A DNA stretch of 64,000 nt from Eledone cirrhosa. Its lineage: Eukaryota. Position 1 is the first letter of the stretch; every line of letters begins with the position of its first letter. Shown here piece after piece: positions 30,225 to 43,699 of this stretch. The notes below the pieces were generated by a model. It searched no databases. It was given only the letters and a program-made list of their open reading frames with translations, and was not told the origin of the DNA. Both the position numbers and the translations under genes were made by a program. The stretch is taken from contig OZ024742.1 in NCBI GenBank assembly GCA_964016885.1, positions 271,126,001 to 271,190,000 of the forward strand, given 5' to 3'.

Positions 30225-32862
30225 TCCTATTCTCAATATATTTTATCATGTTTCGCAGTGACCCGTCACCTCTCTACCTCTATTTCGTTAACATCTGCTC
30301 GCCCCCTCTTTCTTCCTCTCCCATCTCCCTCTCACTTTCACTCACCCTCTGTGCTTGCCACCTCATTGTTTCCTCGCCTGATCTTCTAGCAGTCTTTTCG
30401 TCACTTACACTCAATTGGGTCAGTCGCGTCTTTTTTCCTTCGATCAAACGCTCTTGAACTTCTATTCTGTTATCGCTGTGGTCTTGGATTCTCTGCCTTC
30501 AGTAGTTGCACATTTTTTGGTTTGTTCCTTTTTTTTTCGCTGTTTCCGTTTTCTTCCCTTTTCCCCTTTTCCCTTCTATTTTCCTTCTCTCCCTCCCCCG
30601 TTTTCCCAATAACTTACCCGGTTATTGAACGCTCTGGGTTAGATATATTGTCTTTAAAGCCCAGTAGACAACTGATGAGGAAAACTCCACACCCGTTCTT
30701 TATTATTTTTATTCTCTGTCCATTGTTCAGCTTAACTTTACTTGAAATTACAGAGCCATCCTATTCTCCATATATCTTATCATATTTCGCTGTGACCCGT
30801 CTTCTCTCTCCCTCTACCTACCTATTTCGTTTCTGTCTACTCTTCCCCTTCTTTTTTCCTCTCCCTTTCACTCACTCTCTCTCTGCCTTTCACCCCATTG
30901 TTTCCCTCGCCTGACATTCTAGTAGTCTTTTTCTCAAGTACATTTGCTTTGGTCAGTCGCGTCTTTTTTCCTTCGACCACACGTTCTTGAACTTATGTTC
31001 TGTTACAGCATATTCTTCGGTTTGTTGTTTTTTCGCTGTTTCCCCTTTCTTCCCTTTTCCCCTTTTCCTATCTATTTTCCTTTTCTCCAATAACTTACGT
31101 TGTTATCGACAGATCTGGTGTAGATATATTGTCTTTAAAGCGTTGAAATATCTGAGAAGCCCAGTAGACAACTTATGAGGAAAATTCCACCAACCCTCTT
31201 TCTTTCCTTCTTCTTATTCTCATTCCATTTTTAAGCTTAACTTTACTAGCAAATACACAGCCATCCTGTTCTCCATATATTTTATCATGTTTCCCTGTGA
31301 CACTTTGTCACTCTCCCTCTACCTACATATTAGATTAATATCTACTCTTCTTCTTATCCCTTTCTCCCTCTCACTTTCACTCTCCCTCTCACTGCTCCCC
31401 ACCTCATTGTTCCCTCGCCTGACATTCTAGCTGTCTTTTTCTCAGTTACATTTGCTTTGGACAGTCGCATCTTATTTCCTTCGATCTCACGCTCTTGAAC
31501 TCATGTTCTGTTACCGTTGTGGTCTTGGATTCTCTGCCTTCCCTTACAGCACATTCTTCGGTTTGTTGTTTTTTCGCCGTTTCCCTTTTCTTCCCTTTTC
31601 CACATATCCCTTCTATTTTCCTTCGGTCCATCCTCCGTTTTCCCAATAACTTACCCGGTTATTGAACTCTCTGGGGGAAAATATATTGTCTTTAAAGCGT
31701 TGAAATATCCGAGATCCCCAGTAGACAACTGTTCTTGCTTTCTTCTTATTTTCATCCCATTGTTATGCTTAATTTTACTAGCCTTCTTATACAGCCATCC
31801 TATTCTCCATATATTTCATCATGTTCATTAGTGACCCGTCTTCTCTCTCCCTGTACCTACCAATTTCGTTACTATCTACTCAGTCCCCTATTTCTTCCTC
31901 TCCCATTCTCCCTTCACTTTCACTCACCCTCTCTCTGCCTGCCACCTTGTTGTTTCCTCGGCTGATCTTCTAGCAGTCTTTTCGTCACTTACCTCTCAAT
32001 TGGGTCAGTCGCATCTTTTTTTCCTTCGATCACACGCTCTTGAACTTCTATTCTGTTATCGCTGTAGTCTTGGATTCTCTGCCTTCAGTAGTTGCACATT
32101 TTTTGGTTGTTCTTTCTTTTTCGCTGTTTCCGTTTTCTTCCCTTTTCCCCTTTTCCCTTCTATTTTCCTTCTCTCCCTCCTCCGTTTTCCCAATAACTTA
32201 CCCGGTTACTGAACGCTCTGAATTAGATATATTGTCTTTAAAGCCCAGTAGACAACTGATGAGGAAAACTCCACACCCGTTCTTTATTATTTTTTATTCT
32301 CTGTCCATTGTTCAGCTTAACTTTACTTGAAATTACAGAGCCATCCTATTCTCCATATATCTTATCATATTTCGCTGTGACGCGTCTTCTCTCCCTCTAC
32401 CTACCCATTTCCTTACTTTCTGCTATTCCCCTTCTTTCTTCCTCTACCCTTCTCCCTCTCACTTTCACTTACCCTCTCTCTGCCTGCCACAACATTGTTT
32501 CGCTCGCCTGACCTTATAGCAGTCTTTTCACACATACACTCGCATGGGTCAGTCGCGTCCTTTTTCGTTCGATCACACGCTCTGGAACATATGTTCGGTT
32601 ACCGCTGTGGTCTTGGATTCTCAGCCGTCAGTTGTTGTATACTCTTCGGTACTTTTTTGTTACTGTTTCCCTTTTCACTTCTATTCTCCTTGTCTCCCTC
32701 CTCCGTTATCCCAATAACTTACCAGGTTATTGAACGCTCTGGGTGGTAGATATATTGTCCTTAAAGCGTTGAAATATACGAGAAGCCCAGTAGAAGACTG
32801 ATGAGAAAAACTGGCCCCCAACCCCGTCCTTGCTTTCTTCTTATTCTCAATCCATTTTAAAA
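30225..32862. repeat. Diverged pyrimidine-rich tandem repeat, about 5 units of 500-550 bp
   Basis: cagccatcctattctccatat recurs near 30752, 31258, 31792 and 32337; cccagtagacaac(t)gatgagg in each unit. Confidence 0.85.
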
Positions 32863-32863
32863 G

Positions 32864-32897
<34 letters not shown>

Positions 32898-32907
32898 CTT
32901 TTAAAAT

Positions 32908-32947
<40 letters not shown>

Positions 32948-33719
32948 CATATATATATGTGTGTGTGTAGGTGTGTGTGTGGGGGGGAGGTGTTCTTGTG
33001 ATATAGGTGTGTGCTTACCTATGTATGCAAATGCGGTCACATATAGGCGTGGGTGGTTGTGTACGTGTCTGTCTGCATATGTGTGTATACGTGACTGTGT
33101 CTATGGATATATGTACCTATATGTGTGGCTGTATATACATACATAAATATTTATATATACTTATGTGTGTGTGTGTGTTTTTGTGTGCGTGTCTGTGTGT
33201 GTCTGTGTGTGTATGTGCGTGGGTGGACGTGTGTTCACTTACGTATACATGTGTATGGGAGTACGTGCGTGACAGGTATGTTATGATACGTATGTATTTG
33301 TCTTCTTTCGTATCATGTCAATATTATAATATTCCTCTTTCCCCTCCCTGTCAACACCAACGTATCCCATTCATGTCTTTTAAGTTAACGAGGGCTTCAA
33401 ACAAGTGTGGCTGTGGAAGACAGGCGGACAGTTCTTCACGCATGAATGCACGTAGCGTCTTGACTGAATGATGGATAGGCGTTGTTTTGTCAATAAACCA
33501 ATTATATGGTTGATCACGAACCAATGAGCGGATACCACGGAATACCAAGTTGATGAAATCTGGTAAATATAAGAATGAATTGAGAGAAATTCATGTCCCA
33601 TCAAAGACGAGCTTACATAATGAATCATATCTGAAGATCTCTCGATTCCCCAATCAGGTTTGATCAATAATAGATCGACATTGAACAATATGTAATATGC
33701 TATTAAATATGTTATGATG

Positions 33720-34230
33720 CAACACTAATTCTTTGTTCCTACTCCTCCACCCACTACATTTTCCCACTCCCACACCTCCACTCTTTCAAAGGGCCCCGCA
33801 ACCTCCACAGCCTCCTCGTCAGGAGTTGCGTACCCCCAAACGCCCGTTCCCTCCCAGTTCCCTCTCCTGCTCTAGACCCCGCTGACATACATGCCCCCAC
33901 TCTCTCTCCGTCCAGCATGCCTTTCGCTGGAACTCCTCAAGCATTGTCTACAGACTCCGCTGCACGAATTGCGACGCGACCTATGTCTGACATACCCGAC
34001 GTCGTCTGGCCGATAAGTTTACCGAAAATCTCCGAGAAATTCGTCTCGGCATCAGTTCCCCATTGCCCTCCATTTTTGCTCTGCCGGACACCCCCCTTAC
34101 GGCTTGTTCGAGTGCTCTGAAACCAGCGACCCCGATTTAGGGAAGAACAACGCACCATCTTCGTATTACAGACATGCACCCGACGGCTTGAACCCCTACC
34201 CCTTCCTTTAGCCTTTGACTGGTCTCTTCC
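33720..34230 (+). pseudogene. Decayed PLE GIY-YIG fragment, same family as 58.7-59.7 kb
   Basis: ATYV*HTRRRLADKFTENLREIRLG aligns with ATYVGQTGRHLADRFTEHLRDIRLG. Confidence 0.65.
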
Positions 34231-34788
34231 CACCTACCCGTCTCGCTGCCCTCCATAGTAATACCACTAAAAACGCTCCCAACATTAACAGTCCCCTCAC
34301 CTTCCAGCCAGCCCCACATCCACTTTGGACCACACCACCACTAATAACACTAAAACCACCACCCTCCTTCCTCATACCACATACATGCACTCACACTCTA
34401 AACACGCACACACACCAGTATATATACACTCACTCACACACATGTGCACACCCATACTACACGCACATACTACTAAAACTAACCCCACACAAACACACTT
34501 TTGACCACCCCACCACTAATAATACTACCCCCCCCCCCATTTAACACATACGCACACACACCATCATATATGCACTCACACATATGTTCACACCCATATT
34601 ATACACCCATACTACCTCCGCTAATTCATTTTTTCCGGTTATTATGTATTTTCCGTGTCCAACCTATGCAATTCAAAACAAACTTCTTTTTATGTTTATT
34701 TCTATATATTACATTATAAATGCCCCGTTTATATACTTTGAGCACATCAATTTCAGTTTTTAACTCTGTTTTCATTTGTATCTTTATG

Positions 34789-34825
<37 letters not shown>

Positions 34826-34881
34826 TTACACACACACAAACACAGACACACCCACACACACATCCACACACACACACACAA

Positions 34882-34943
<62 letters not shown>

Positions 34944-35689
34944 AATACATTAACAGAGAAAGCTATTAGCGATACTCCGACCAACTTCCATCTCACTCAA
35001 CAAACATTAGGAAATACCTAAGTATATTCCCAATTATACGTTTGGGGTGCTAACTATATTGTATTCTCTGTATAGTCGGCTGTATTATTTTATATGAGAT
35101 ATAATTAAATAAATCTCACTTTCGATACGATCGTTTCATTATAAGATTTCTATAAGGTGGGAGAAAAATAACCAAGTTCTGTAGAAGCTTGCATATAATC
35201 AACAGATTTACTTGAAAGTGGGCTCTTACAACTCTTCAGTGGAATGCCCAAGCAATATCAATATAAAAAAACTACAACTATATTAATATTCATCGGTATT
35301 CACCGTCAGTGCTAGAAGAACCGCTAAGTTTGAAAGTCCAGAAGTCCTTAAAATATATATATATATATATTCAGTTGATGAAAGTTGGTTGATAAAATAT
35401 CTGTAAATATATTCTGAAACAGACGTGAAGTAATATACTGTTTTTGTTCCCTACGATTTTCTATAGTCCGGAGGTTTAACATAATAAATAAGGGAGATGG
35501 TTTTATTCGTACATCTTTATTTTATTATCTAGTTCGTTATGTGTATTTCTAAGATGTAAGGTAGTTAACCACCGCATAAGTGCTCGTCAGACAGACGAGA
35601 TATCATTTTCCATTGATATGCTACTAGTCCGACGTGTTGTTAACCTCTCCGAACTGTACAAGTAGCTGATATCCTTAGTGGATAAGGCA

Positions 35690-35815
35690 GAATCCATATA
35701 TGGACCGGCGATTCAGTTCGGATCTAATTGTTGAAACAGCAGGAGCTGAGCCGTCGGGGTCCCGATTTGTTCATATTACCCGCTCTACCACTCCAATTAT
35801 CGAGTACTCTGGGGA
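35690..35815 (+). repeat. Fragment of the 16.3/17.0-kb pLTR family
   Basis: gagctgagccgtcggggtcc...attacccgctctaccactcc...gagtactct resembles 17040-17105. Confidence 0.55.
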
Positions 35816-36284
35816 GTAATGTTTGTAATTCGATTAATCTGCCGCCATATGCGGGCTGCTGTAACTATATATCAGAGCCTAATTCTTGGGAAAGTCACAC
35901 AAAATAACTTGCCAGGCGTTATATTTTGAATCAAATTTGGAAGATCATCATAGCTGATATATTGAATGTGTTTCTCTTCAATTATTAAGAAGATGCGAAA
36001 ACAAACCATGCAACTGATTTGTAAACTTTTGTGAGAATATCCATGTGTCCCAACTATATAGAGGGAAATACTAACCGTATGCTTTGTAATCTGCTGATAT
36101 GGAAATGTTTGTGGGTATGTCTCTTTGCTACACATGTATATTACTGTCTATTTAACCATTCAAAATTTAGCGATATGTAAACCAGTCTTTGAATTTTAGT
36201 TAATTGGAGATTGTTACTTATCAGCGTTTAGCCAGACTTATTTAATGGTGGGAGAACATCTATCACATTATTATCTCCTGCATT

Positions 36285-36530
36285 TTGAAGTTGTATTATC
36301 TCTAGATAATCAATCCAAACATCATACAATTCCATTGTCTCAAATTTTATTTCATCATTACTTCAGGGCTAGAGCATCTCCCCAGCGAACCATGCTTCTC
36401 AGGCGTTTTATTACATGCACTGACATTCAATTGAGCTACATTTTTGTTGTGTTTATGTATAGATCTATAACATATACATCTATGCAATTCACAGAAATTT
36501 CTAAACTTGTCTTTTCTAAATTTCATGTAT
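36285..36530. repeat. About 245-bp local duplication of 39804-40048
   Basis: ORF-track peptides [23 protein letters not shown] occur at both loci. Confidence 0.9.
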
Positions 36531-36617
36531 GTATGTATGTATGTATGTATGTATGTATGTATGTATGTATGTATGTATGTATGTATGTATGTATGTATGT
36601 ATGTATGTATGTATGTT

Positions 36618-36803
36618 TGGGCGGTGAATTGGCAGTATCGGTAGAGGGTCGAACGGCATGCTGTCCAGCATAGTTACGTCTCTTTACGGTCTGAGTTCAA
36701 ATCCCGTGAAAGTTAACTTTGCCTTTCATCCTTACGGGGTCGAAAAAATTAAGTATCAGTAATGTACTGGGTAATTGCTGGCCTTGTGCCAACAGTAGAA
36801 ACA
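36618..36803 (+). mobile_element. tRNA-like-head SINE, about 190 bp (cephalopod-type)
   Basis: A-box-like tggcagtatcgg, B box gagttcaaatccc, gcctttcatcct...ggggtcga (Deu/Nin-like) core, tail gtagaaacaattatt. Confidence 0.85.
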
Positions 36804-37198
36804 ATTATTATCTCCTGCATTCGACAATTAATTACATTATCACAACTGGAATTTAAATGTATATATAAGTGTTGGAGTTGTTTGAAATTAAAACAGAAAA
36901 TTAATTTGCAAATATCGATTACTTTCCGTTGAACAATGTTTGTAACATGCATTAGCATCAGTTTATCAACTCTCAGATACATACGTTTTGGGGCTCCCGT
37001 AATTATGCAACTAATTGCTGATATGTTTTTGAAGGTGAATATAGCTTGTGTCAAACACAGAAGAGAATAAATAACAGATTTAATCTGATAATGTACCTCG
37101 ATGTCAATGATATGCCTAATATATATATATATTAGAAAGTGAGGTGTTTTTTACAAAATGAAAAATAACCGAGGTGTCCTACACGAGTGAAAGTATAA

Positions 37199-37479
37199 AG
37201 AAAAAGAGATGAAATCGAAAATGCAACTGAAGTCTTATTTTTTTAAAAAATATATATATTTATTTGGTTCCTTTACCGGTTTTGCAGTTCTTCTGCTTTT
37301 CAAAAGGTGAGTTGAGATGGAGGGTCTGTGGTTTTTCTCAGAAAAACCACAGACCCTCCATCTCAACTCACCTTTTGAAAAGCAGAAGAACTGCAAAACC
37401 GGTAAAGGAACCAAATAAATATATATATTTTAAAAAAAAATAAGACTCCAGTTGCATTTTCGATTTCATCTCTTTTTCT
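37199..37479. repeat. Near-perfect palindrome (about 140-bp arms, 1-nt loop at 37339) containing HHR-like motifs
   Basis: gggtctgtggtttttct-c-agaaaaaccacagaccc; cctt TTGAAAA gcag..ctgc AAAA ccgg TA aagg in each arm. Confidence 0.9.
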
Positions 37480-38970
37480 CTCTATATATATATATATATT
37501 ACAAACAAGTATGTGGTGGTAGTAATTATTTCAATACATTGTGATAGTTACTAATAATATTGTTATGGCACTGTGCACTATTTAATTGTTTCATTACTAC
37601 TTCAAAATCAAAAAAGGGTGTGCTATTTATTTCAGGTTATACTCTAGTTATTGTTATATTCAAAAGTAGTATCCGTATAGGTTAAAAGCAAAGAATGAAG
37701 TAAGTTAGAATTTCCATGACGGTGATCCAAAGAATATCTATTTTTTGCATAATGCTTATTGAATCATAAATCTCTATATTCAAATTCTATTTTAAAATGT
37801 ATTGGAAATAGTGCTACTAAATTTGTGAGTCATTATATAACATAAAATGTACCTTTTGATTTTATTAATTCACGCATAGGACGAATAGGTTACATTTGTG
37901 TTAATGCTGTATATGTTGCTTAACAATTGTAGTTGTAACATAGATTGTTTCAATCAAGATGGAATGTCAAATGCAATAGGTTCGTGAGGTTTATAGAATC
38001 AACGGTCAAAATATAAGGAATATCTTTCTGTAGGTCTGAGACCATATTTATCGAGTATTTTCCGTTTCACGCATTACCTGGTTACATATTTCCAGCAAAG
38101 AATTACACTAATTATTGTTTTGGAAATGTTTATGAATCCGTGGATAAAATATGTTTTTGTGGACCCTTTGCGGAATTATGTGACTGGCAAGATAGTTTGA
38201 TGAAACTCATTTCCACGAATCAAAAATAATAGCAATTTGTCCGTAGTCGTAAACTGTTCCTTTATTGAATATATATCTGTTATGCAAACATAAGTGCCAT
38301 AGGGTGAATTAACTGTATCTGACTCCACTAGGATTAAATTGAAAGGGTATTTTCGTAGGTTGCTTATTATTAATTTCTTACAGTTGTTGTTAAATGAAAA
38401 GTCATAACAATATGTGTTTATCCTGCTAATGAATGATCAGTGCAAAAGAAAACCAATAACAAATAATCAGTGCTCCAATTACTTAAGTTTGAAACAAATA
38501 ATTGAACAACTGCCGAGACATTGCAAGGAACAGATGAAGCAACATATACATTCATAACGAACACACGAGTTAAGGCAGAGTAATAACAAAATTGTGTTAC
38601 TCATGTGCGATATGAGATTAGTTGTTAGTAAGGGTGATATGCAGGAAATTGGATTATAATATGCAACCTTTAAAAATTAGAGTTAAGATAATTTTTTTAA
38701 TGTATTTGCGAGAATATTATTTGTATTTGAATTTAGATCAGTCATATCAATAATAGCTGTGTTAAGGTATAAATCAGATCTAATAATGTATATTTTCATG
38801 TAAATATATAAAATGGAGAAGGAGAGGAATGAGAAGTAATTTACATAAGAGGCCGCTAATCTTATTGTAGATCCTCAAACGTAGCTCAAATGAAACGCTG
38901 TGCATGTAAGAAAACGCCTGATCATCATTTCTCGCTGGGGAATTGCCCAAACCTTGAAATAAAGAATAAT

Positions 38971-39157
38971 TGTTTCTACTTTTGGCACAAGGCCAGCAAT
39001 TACCCAGTGCATTGCTGGTACTTTATTTTATCGACCCCGTAAGGATGAAAGGCAAAGTTAACCTCGGCAGGATTTGAACTCAGAATGGCAAGGACCGTAA
39101 CTCTATGCGTCAAAGCATGGCGCCCGACCCTCTACCGACACTACCAATCCACCGCCC
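38971..39157 (-). mobile_element. SINE, same family, with TSD
   Basis: ccttgaaataaagaataat at 38952-38970 and 39156-39174. Confidence 0.85.
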
Positions 39158-40054
39158 TTGAAATAAAGAATAATACGCGCTTGCTGATAGTGTATACAAA
39201 AAAAGCGTGATACGCGAGTGTGACCATGTACTATATTGCAGTTCACAATTGTTAGGATACATCCTCCAGTTTTAGTCGATGGACATACAGTCGATTCCCA
39301 CATATTAAAATGTAATTGGAAGTAGAGCACGAAGTTACCATCTGATAAGAAAATGATGATGCATTTAGTGCTTACAACTGTGCGAACTAAAAACAATGAA
39401 CATGTGGAATCTCCAAAGGTCATGTGTCGTGATACGGCGTAAAATGTATTATAGATATTCGAGGTTTACTTCACTTAAACCATACAAAACCTTAAACTCT
39501 TGTATTTGTGCATTCATGTTACAAAATAATCATAAAAGTAAATTAAACGTAGGTACATATACGGCTCGAATACATATATGAGTAGAATATTTCTTTAATC
39601 CAAGGTAATGGCAGGCATATCTTTGAAAGAGCTTATATCTATTTTACAACCTTTTTACAGAGTTTACTGACACATTAGACAAAACAATGGCTAAGTATTC
39701 TATTTCTAATGGAAGGATTCTATCTCAGTCAAGAGACAAGCAATTTCTGGAGGATTATATTGTTTTCTATAAACAGAGCAAACTTTTGTAAATAGTTTTA
39801 ATTTTGAAGTTGTATTGTCTCTAGATAATCAATCCAAACATCATACAATTCCATTGTCTCCAATTTTATTTTATCATTACTTCAAGGCTAGAGCATCTCC
39901 CCAGCGAACCATGCTTCTCGGGTGTTTTATTACATGCACTGACGTTCAACTGAGCTACATTTCTGCTGTGTTTATGTATAGTTCTATAACATATACATCT
40001 ATGCAATTCAAAGAAATTTCTAAACTTGTCTTTTCTAAATTTCATGTATATATG

Positions 40055-42470
40055 TATTATGTTCTTCTGGTTTTATAATTTCACAAAGTTTTACAAATAT
40101 AGAGAGAATCGGTTTCTAACATAGATACAATACTCTCTCATTGGAATGTACACAACATCAACTAGGTAGGTATGTATGTATGCATGCATGTGTAGATATG
40201 GATGTTATTGTATTTGTGGATGTGGATGTTTTGAGTTATATGTGTGCATGTGTATATGCTTTGCATCTGTATATGTGTATATGCATTTATTAGATGCAAC
40301 ATTTTTGGAATGTCTTACATATGTTTACTGTTCCATTAATGGATTGTACTTGTAATTTCCTAACTAGTTGTGATTTTTCTGTTCCTGTGCAGCCTAGCTT
40401 CTCAAGATTTGTATTGAGGCAGTTTCTAACATATCCCAGTTCCCCAATAATCACAGGCATAAATCTGAAGGTGTAATCAGTGTGGAGTATCTGCAGATTT
40501 CTCATCAGTTCTGCATAAATGTTCTCCTATTCACTAATCTTGGATATTATATTGTCATCTGCTGGGCAGCTAATTTCCACTACAGTGCATGCTTTCTTCT
40601 CCCTGTCCCATATCATAATATCTGGTCTGTTATGCCTGCATTTTATTTGGGTTTTTACTGGAACATTCCACCAGTACTCTTTCATATTATGTACATGGAT
40701 GTCTTCCACATTGCTGTAGCTTTTAATGTGTTTATTATCGGGGCTATCTTTTTCACGAACTGCATTGTACAGTGTTTTGGCCACTACATTATGCCTCATA
40801 GGAAGATAGTACCGCGATGACATCTTTGGACAGCTGCTGATGACATGGGCGATATCCTCGATGTTAGTTCTGCAGAGTCTGCACTTGTTATTACATCTAG
40901 GTGGTTTGCCTGCATCCCTATCTCTTTTGTGAATCAAGTATTTCGTGCTAATCTCCTGTTCCTGGATTGCAAAAGCGTATCCTTCTAAGTGGGAGCCAAT
41001 ATAGCGGTTGTTGGTCCAAGATACACTACTCTCCTTATCTATATTACTCTCACTCTGGAGCTACCTGGCAACATATCCATGCATGATTTTTGGCTGATAG
41101 GCATGCAATTTTTCATCCATGGATTCACTGCGATACTGCTGAGCGACATCCTGGGTGTGAGTTTTTGATTATCACACAGGTAATATCTCTCTAGGAGTTC
41201 CTTCCCAACTCTCATGATCTTATCTGTTTCATGCAGTTCGACTTGCTCGTGAAACGGGCTCCTACGCTCTTAGCTTCGCAGATGACAGAACGACATGATG
41301 CGATATTCAATGTGTGTGGACTGATGTTAGGCCTCTGCCTCCCTGCTTACGTTTCAAGTAAAGGCGGTCTATGTCACTGTTGATGTGGAGGTTTCCGGTG
41401 TTGTTCAGTATTTCTCGAGTTCCAACATCAACTGTTCGGATTTCGTCTATCGTCCAATTGAGTATTCCAAACGTTGGTGTTAGGACAAGCACAGCAAACA
41501 GATTGTGAGCCACTGTTTTGTTTTGCGCAGAGAGTTCCGATGACCTGATCTTTCTTAATCGGGTGTAGTAGTCCTTGGTTACGCGTTCTTTATTACAGAT
41601 ACCATTATAGGATATGTTCTCATCTATCCCCAGGTATTTGTAGCAGTCCTCATCAGATATCGGTGAAACAGTTAGGCCATTGATGACAATGTTGCTAGAT
41701 TGGGTTGTTGTTTTTCCCTGCTTTACAGTCATGTATGAGCATTTATCTTGTTTTGTTCTTGTTGATATCTCTGCTATCACCAAGATAATGCTTCACTGTC
41801 GTTGCTAAGGCATATAAATAGGCGTTGATTTGCCAACATGTTGGGGTTTTTATCCGTCGTAAATATTCATCCTCTATTTCGTTAATAACAGCAAGAGAGA
41901 TATTTATACATGAGTTAATTTCTCTCTGAAAGATTTCATTGAGGGAAATGTTCAATTGTTTATACTTTTGATTATCATTATTGATTGCAGTTTCTACAAT
42001 AGTCGAGGTAGACTCAGATGGTACACGTGGTGTCAAATTTCTTCGATTATTATTATTATCGATAGTGTTTTCCCCAGCATTCGAGGTAGACTTAGATGGT
42101 ACAGGTGCTGTCAATTTTCTTACAGGCATAGTTGTTTCATGGCGCTGTTCGACCTGGCTGCTAGGAAGTCTAGTAGCATGGCGACCTGTAGCACGTGTTG
42201 TTGATAACATGTTTGTTGTGGGAGACTTACAATTAATAATATTTATCTTATTTTTACGTTCAACAAACGTCGCTTGTTGGCGTAATTGTTTCGCTGTGAA
42301 ATAATTTAGCTCTGGGTGAATTTCGTTCCAGTGTAGCTTCATTCTATTCATATAGCCAATGGAGGGATTGTTTTTTGCCATGTTATAAAAATTAAATAAA
42401 CCATTATTAAGTTCGCAACTCCAAGAGAAATGCGATTTATAATTTTGGTTTCTTCTGTAGCTACAATTGT
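40055..42470 (-). mobile_element. R4/Dong-like non-LTR retrotransposon (RT C-terminus, CCHC knuckle, restriction-like endonuclease), internally deleted and decayed
   Basis: YKYLGIDE, DIDRLYLKRKQGGRGL, CRLCRTNIEDIAHVISSC, RHNVVAK, RPDIMIWDREKKACTVVEISCPAD, PVIIGELG. Confidence 0.85.
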
Positions 42471-43699
42471 GTGTTTGTATGTATGTATGTATGTATGTAT
42501 GTATGTATGTATGTATGTATGTAGGTAGGTAGGTATGTATGTATGTATGCATGCATATATGTATGTAGGTGTGTATTTGTGTACGTATATGTAGATAATT
42601 CTGCGTGTTTATGAGTGTGCATGTGCTTAAAATATGTGTGTTCAATTTAACATGGATATATAAATGTATATATATATATATGTGTGTGTGGGCGTGAGCG
42701 TGTGTGTGTGTGTGGGGGGGGGGGGGTCTGTGTGATTGAGTATCGGGTTTAATCGGGGGTAATTTATAAATCTAACAAACCAGTTCTGCCCCAGAACGAT
42801 AGTTTCGACACAAATGTTTACTTGTCATAACATCCCTCCCATTCCCTCATATATTGATTAGTTCAATAGAATAGGCCTGACTGCCTTCCTCCTTTGGAAG
42901 CCACGTGGCACTGCAGCTGTCTTTGTCTGCTACATTGTTCCCTTCAGAACTATTCGATAGGATATTAAGGACTAATCTCTGTTGAAAGTTTGTTCCACTA
43001 TTCCTTGCTGCGTTTGTTTTTTTTTTTCTGGAGGATTCCGATATTAACCCGTCGTCTACACACAGCAAACACAGACATATCTACTTCATAACCAACACCC
43101 CAAACGTTAAATACATAAAACCAACAACAACAACAATACAGATGGAACTGCAACACATACCCCACAAATGGATAGACATTCAGAGACTAACAACAACAGA
43201 AATACCCAAATTTAGGTTACAAAGAACGGCAAACAAAAACAGTATGGCTCTTGTGACACGACGAAGATATTGAGAAATATAGGGAGATTTTCGCAGCTGC
43301 TCCATCAAAGTCCCTAAGAAACTGCTGATGGTTCGGATGCCAGTGGATTCATAAAAAAAATATTAGAGGGAGCTTCCCCGACGGCGTTGTAATCCTTAGT
43401 TTGAAAGCTTCGAGTCGGCTTTTAAGGGGCTTCCAAACCGAAACCCCAATAATCGAGGATATCGAACTATCTGACCTCCACAAGACCCAGGAAGGTATGT
43501 AGAGCATTTTTCTCTGTATTTTGGCCTGACAACATGGCAACCTTAAGAGCATGATGTTTAACTGTTTGTGGCCTGAGGTCATCCTAGAAGCAAAGCCGCT
43601 TGTTGAACGACCTGAGGTTACCCGGTACGTATGTCACTGCCATCAGCAAGACTATGATCTTTGATACGCGCGAACTAGCCACCATTTTCGAAGACTATA

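Larger units (their letters stand above)
35870..38400 (-). pseudogene. Possible very old Helitron PIF1-helicase relic, interrupted by later insertions
   Basis: Faint motifs in the expected order: ..EFHQTILPV (cf. GDFRQILPV), ITGAPKRMYLRVDKLMLM (cf. GLPPHxLxLKVGxPIMLL), GYSHKSLQISC (cf. FSHGQLYVA). Confidence 0.25.

Noticed and set aside
36618-36710. tRNA genes at the SINE heads
   Set aside because: A/B-box-like motifs are present but there is no cloverleaf; they belong to ~190-bp repeats with TSDs
37500-39800. Host gene exons in the less repetitive stretch
   Set aside because: No sustained ORF or recognisable domain; small exons cannot be excluded without RNA-seq
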